Of a DNA stretch of 5,379 nt, positions 4,169 through 5,379 are shown in pieces. How positions within the stretch are numbered: position 1 is the first letter of the stretch; the number at the start of each line of letters is the position of its first letter. The notes beneath the pieces were generated by a model. That model worked only from the letters and a program-made list of their open reading frames with translations. It was not told the origin of the DNA and ran no database searches. The translations under genes and the position numbers were made by a program. Source of the DNA: Candidatus Iainarchaeum sp. (lineage in GTDB: Archaea > Iainarchaeota > Iainarchaeia > Iainarchaeales > 0-14-0-20-30-16); assembly GCA_903916665.1 (NCBI GenBank), contig CAIWXP010000169.1, positions 1 to 5,379 on the forward strand, in the 5' to 3' direction.

Positions 4169-5379
4169 ATGCCTAAAATAATTGTATTGGATGAATCAAC
4201 AATAACTAAAATTGCAGCGGGAGAAGTTATTGAACGTCCGTTTAGCGTAGTAAAAGAGCTAGTTGAAAATTCAATAGATTCTTGTGCAACAGAAATAATC
4301 ATTAAAATAAAAGAATCGGGCAAAAAACAAATTAGTGTTATTGATAATGGTTTAGGAATGGACAAAGAAGATTTACTTCTTTGTACTAAAAGACACGCCA
4401 CTTCCAAAATAAATAAAATTGAAGATATTTATTCTATTTTAAGTTATGGATTTAGAGGGGAGGCATTGGCAACAATTGCAGAAGTTTCAAAAATGGAAAT
4501 TATTTCTGCAACAAAAGATTCCCAAACATCCTATAAATTAATTTTGGAAAATGGAAAACAAAAAGAATTAATTCCCGAAGCAAAATATATTGGAACAACA
4601 ATAAATGTTTATAATTTATTTTATAATATTCCTGCAAGACAGAAATTTTTAAAGAGTAATTCCTATGAATTAAAAAGGATTATAGATTGGATTAAAGCAA
4701 TCGCAATACCAAACATAAATATTACATTTAAATTTTATAATGAGGGCAAAATCCTTTTCGAATATTTTAAATGTGAAACTATTTCTGAAAGGATAAAAAA
4801 TGTTTTTAATTTAAATGTTTTTCCTGGCGTTTATAAAGATCCTATTGTTGATTCAAAAGTATTTTTTACTAATCCTACTGATTTAAAAGAGCAAAATAGC
4901 GATACAAAACAACTATTTTATATTAATAATAGACCGATTTTAAACAAAATAATTTCCTTTGCAATTATAAAAGCATTTGAAAATAAAATACCAAAAGGAA
5001 AAAAGCCAAATGTTTTTGTTTTTCTGAATATATCTCCCAAAGTAATAGATATTAATGTGCATCCACAAAAATTAGAAGTTAGAGTAAAAGACGATAATAC
5101 TTTCTTTTATCCTGTTTATGGTGCATTAAAAAATTCTTTGGAGAACGGATTAAATATAAATTCAAACGAAAGAAAAACAAAAATAATTTCATTATTAGGT
5201 TTGGAAAATCCAATAGAAAATCAAATGGATAAATTATTTGATAATAATGACCATAACAATACTACTACTACCAATACCAATACTACATGTAATGATCGAC
5301 CGGTACGAACAGTGTGCTCGTACTGCAAGAGGATATTGGTGGCGTGGCGAGATGTCACCGAGCCAGTCCGAGTACTCGA
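4169..5379 (+). CDS. mutL: DNA mismatch repair protein MutL, N-terminal ATPase domain plus linker (3' end beyond window; the last 86 nt are compositionally anomalous)
   Basis: Not in the ORF track because the frame has no stop before the window end. Hand translation from ATG 4169: MPKIIVLDESTITKIAAGEVIERPFSVVKELVENSIDSCATEIIIKIKESGKKQISVIDNGLGMDKEDLLLCTKRHATSKI...SYGFRGEALATIAEVS...GTTINVYNLFYNIPARQKFLKS...INVHPQKLEVRV... These are the GHKL/MutL motifs: I ExxEN (4256-4270), II DNGLGM (4343-4360), III GFRGEAL (4448-4468), and the HPxKxEVR motif. A GTGAT SD-like motif at 4160-4164 lies 4 nt before the ATG. The antisense track ORF 4084-4407 is therefore spurious. Whether the C-terminal endonuclease motif is present cannot be judged from this window. 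Confidence 0.9.
   Translation, partial: MPKIIVLDESTITKIAAGEVIERPFSVVKELVENSIDSCATEIIIKIKESGKKQISVIDNGLGMDKEDLLLCTKRHATSKINKIEDIYSILSYGFRGEALATIAEVSKMEIISATKDSQTSYKLILENGKQKELIPEAKYIGTTINVYNLFYNIPARQKFLKSNSYELKRIIDWIKAIAIPNINITFKFYNEGKILFEYFKCETISERIKNVFNLNVFPGVYKDPIVDSKVFFTNPTDLKEQNSDTKQLFYINNRPILNKIISFAIIKAFENKIPKGKKPNVFVFLNISPKVIDINVHPQKLEVRVKDDNTFFYPVYGALKNSLENGLNINSNERKTKIISLLGLENPIENQMDKLFDNNDHNNTTTTNTNTTCNDRPVRTVCSYCKRILVAWRDVTEPVRVL
5258..5287 (+). repeat. imperfect trinucleotide/hexanucleotide low-complexity tract inside the MutL linker
   Basis: AAT ACT ACT ACT ACC AAT ACC AAT ACT ACA, in frame with mutL, encodes NTTTTNTNTT. It is preceded by GAT AAT AAT GAC CAT AAC (DNNDHN). Confidence 0.6.
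5294..5379. other. compositionally foreign GC-rich terminal segment (possible junction, chimera, insertion or appended sequence)
   Basis: By hand count, 49 of 86 nt are G or C (about 57%), against roughly 25-30% for the rest of the window. The change is abrupt and comes right after the low-complexity tract. Five of six reading frames are open across the segment, so coding status cannot be assessed. It contains small palindromes: ACCGGT, GTACGA...TCGTAC (5303-5323) and CGAGTACTCG (5369-5378). Confidence 0.5.

Noticed and set aside
4084-4407. 107-aa minus-strand ORF.
   Set aside because: It is antisense to the N-terminus of MutL, whose GHKL motifs on the plus strand are unmistakable. Its own product has no recognisable features.
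5303-5378. Small palindromes in the GC-rich tail (GTACGA...TCGTAC at 5303-5323, CGAGTACTCG at 5369-5378, ACCGGT) as possible terminal inverted repeats or recombination sites.
   Set aside because: They are 6-10 bp long, with no matching partner elsewhere in the window and no flanking direct repeats. Chance palindromes of this size are common. Only the composition break itself is reported.
1-5379. A scan for tRNA/rRNA-like structures, CRISPR repeat-spacer periodicity, long direct repeats, and transposase or integrase ORFs.
   Set aside because: I saw nothing supporting any of these. The intergenic regions (301-330, 892-1070, 4030-4168) are too short and AT-rich to hold a tRNA. No repeat unit recurs at regular spacing. 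All long ORFs are accounted for.

Overview
AT-rich prokaryotic window (roughly 25-30% GC by eye) with five protein-coding genes. I found no RNA genes, CRISPR arrays or recognisable mobile elements. Minus strand: ribosomal protein L15e (331-891). This family occurs only in archaea and eukaryotes, so the host is almost certainly an archaeon, plausibly a reduced low-GC lineage such as DPANN. It is followed by the 5' part of an ORF (300-1, running off the left edge) that resembles RNase P component 3 (Rpp30), matching the conserved archaeal L15e-Rpp30 gene order. Plus strand, divergent from rpl15e: a complete bacterial-type MutS (1071-3566), then a tightly coupled uncharacterised 152-aa ORF (3571-4029) ended by a hairpin plus T6 terminator, then MutL (4169 to window end; GHKL ATPase domain plus linker). 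MutL is missing from the supplied ORF track because it has no stop codon inside the window. All three plus-strand genes carry a GTGAT Shine-Dalgarno-like motif 3-4 nt before the ATG. Most notable points: (1) the unknown gene wedged between mutS and mutL, which has host-like codon usage; (2) a bacterial-style MutS-MutL cassette directly beside archaeal informational genes; (3) an abrupt switch to about 57% GC over the last 86 nt (5294-5379), inside the mutL frame and directly after a trinucleotide low-complexity tract, which looks like a junction (assembly chimera, foreign insertion or appended sequence); (4) a 37-nt imperfect inverted repeat in the mutS leader; (5) a clamp-binding-like QKTLL motif at the extreme MutS C-terminus. 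All homology statements rest on motif recognition by eye and memory; no searches were run.
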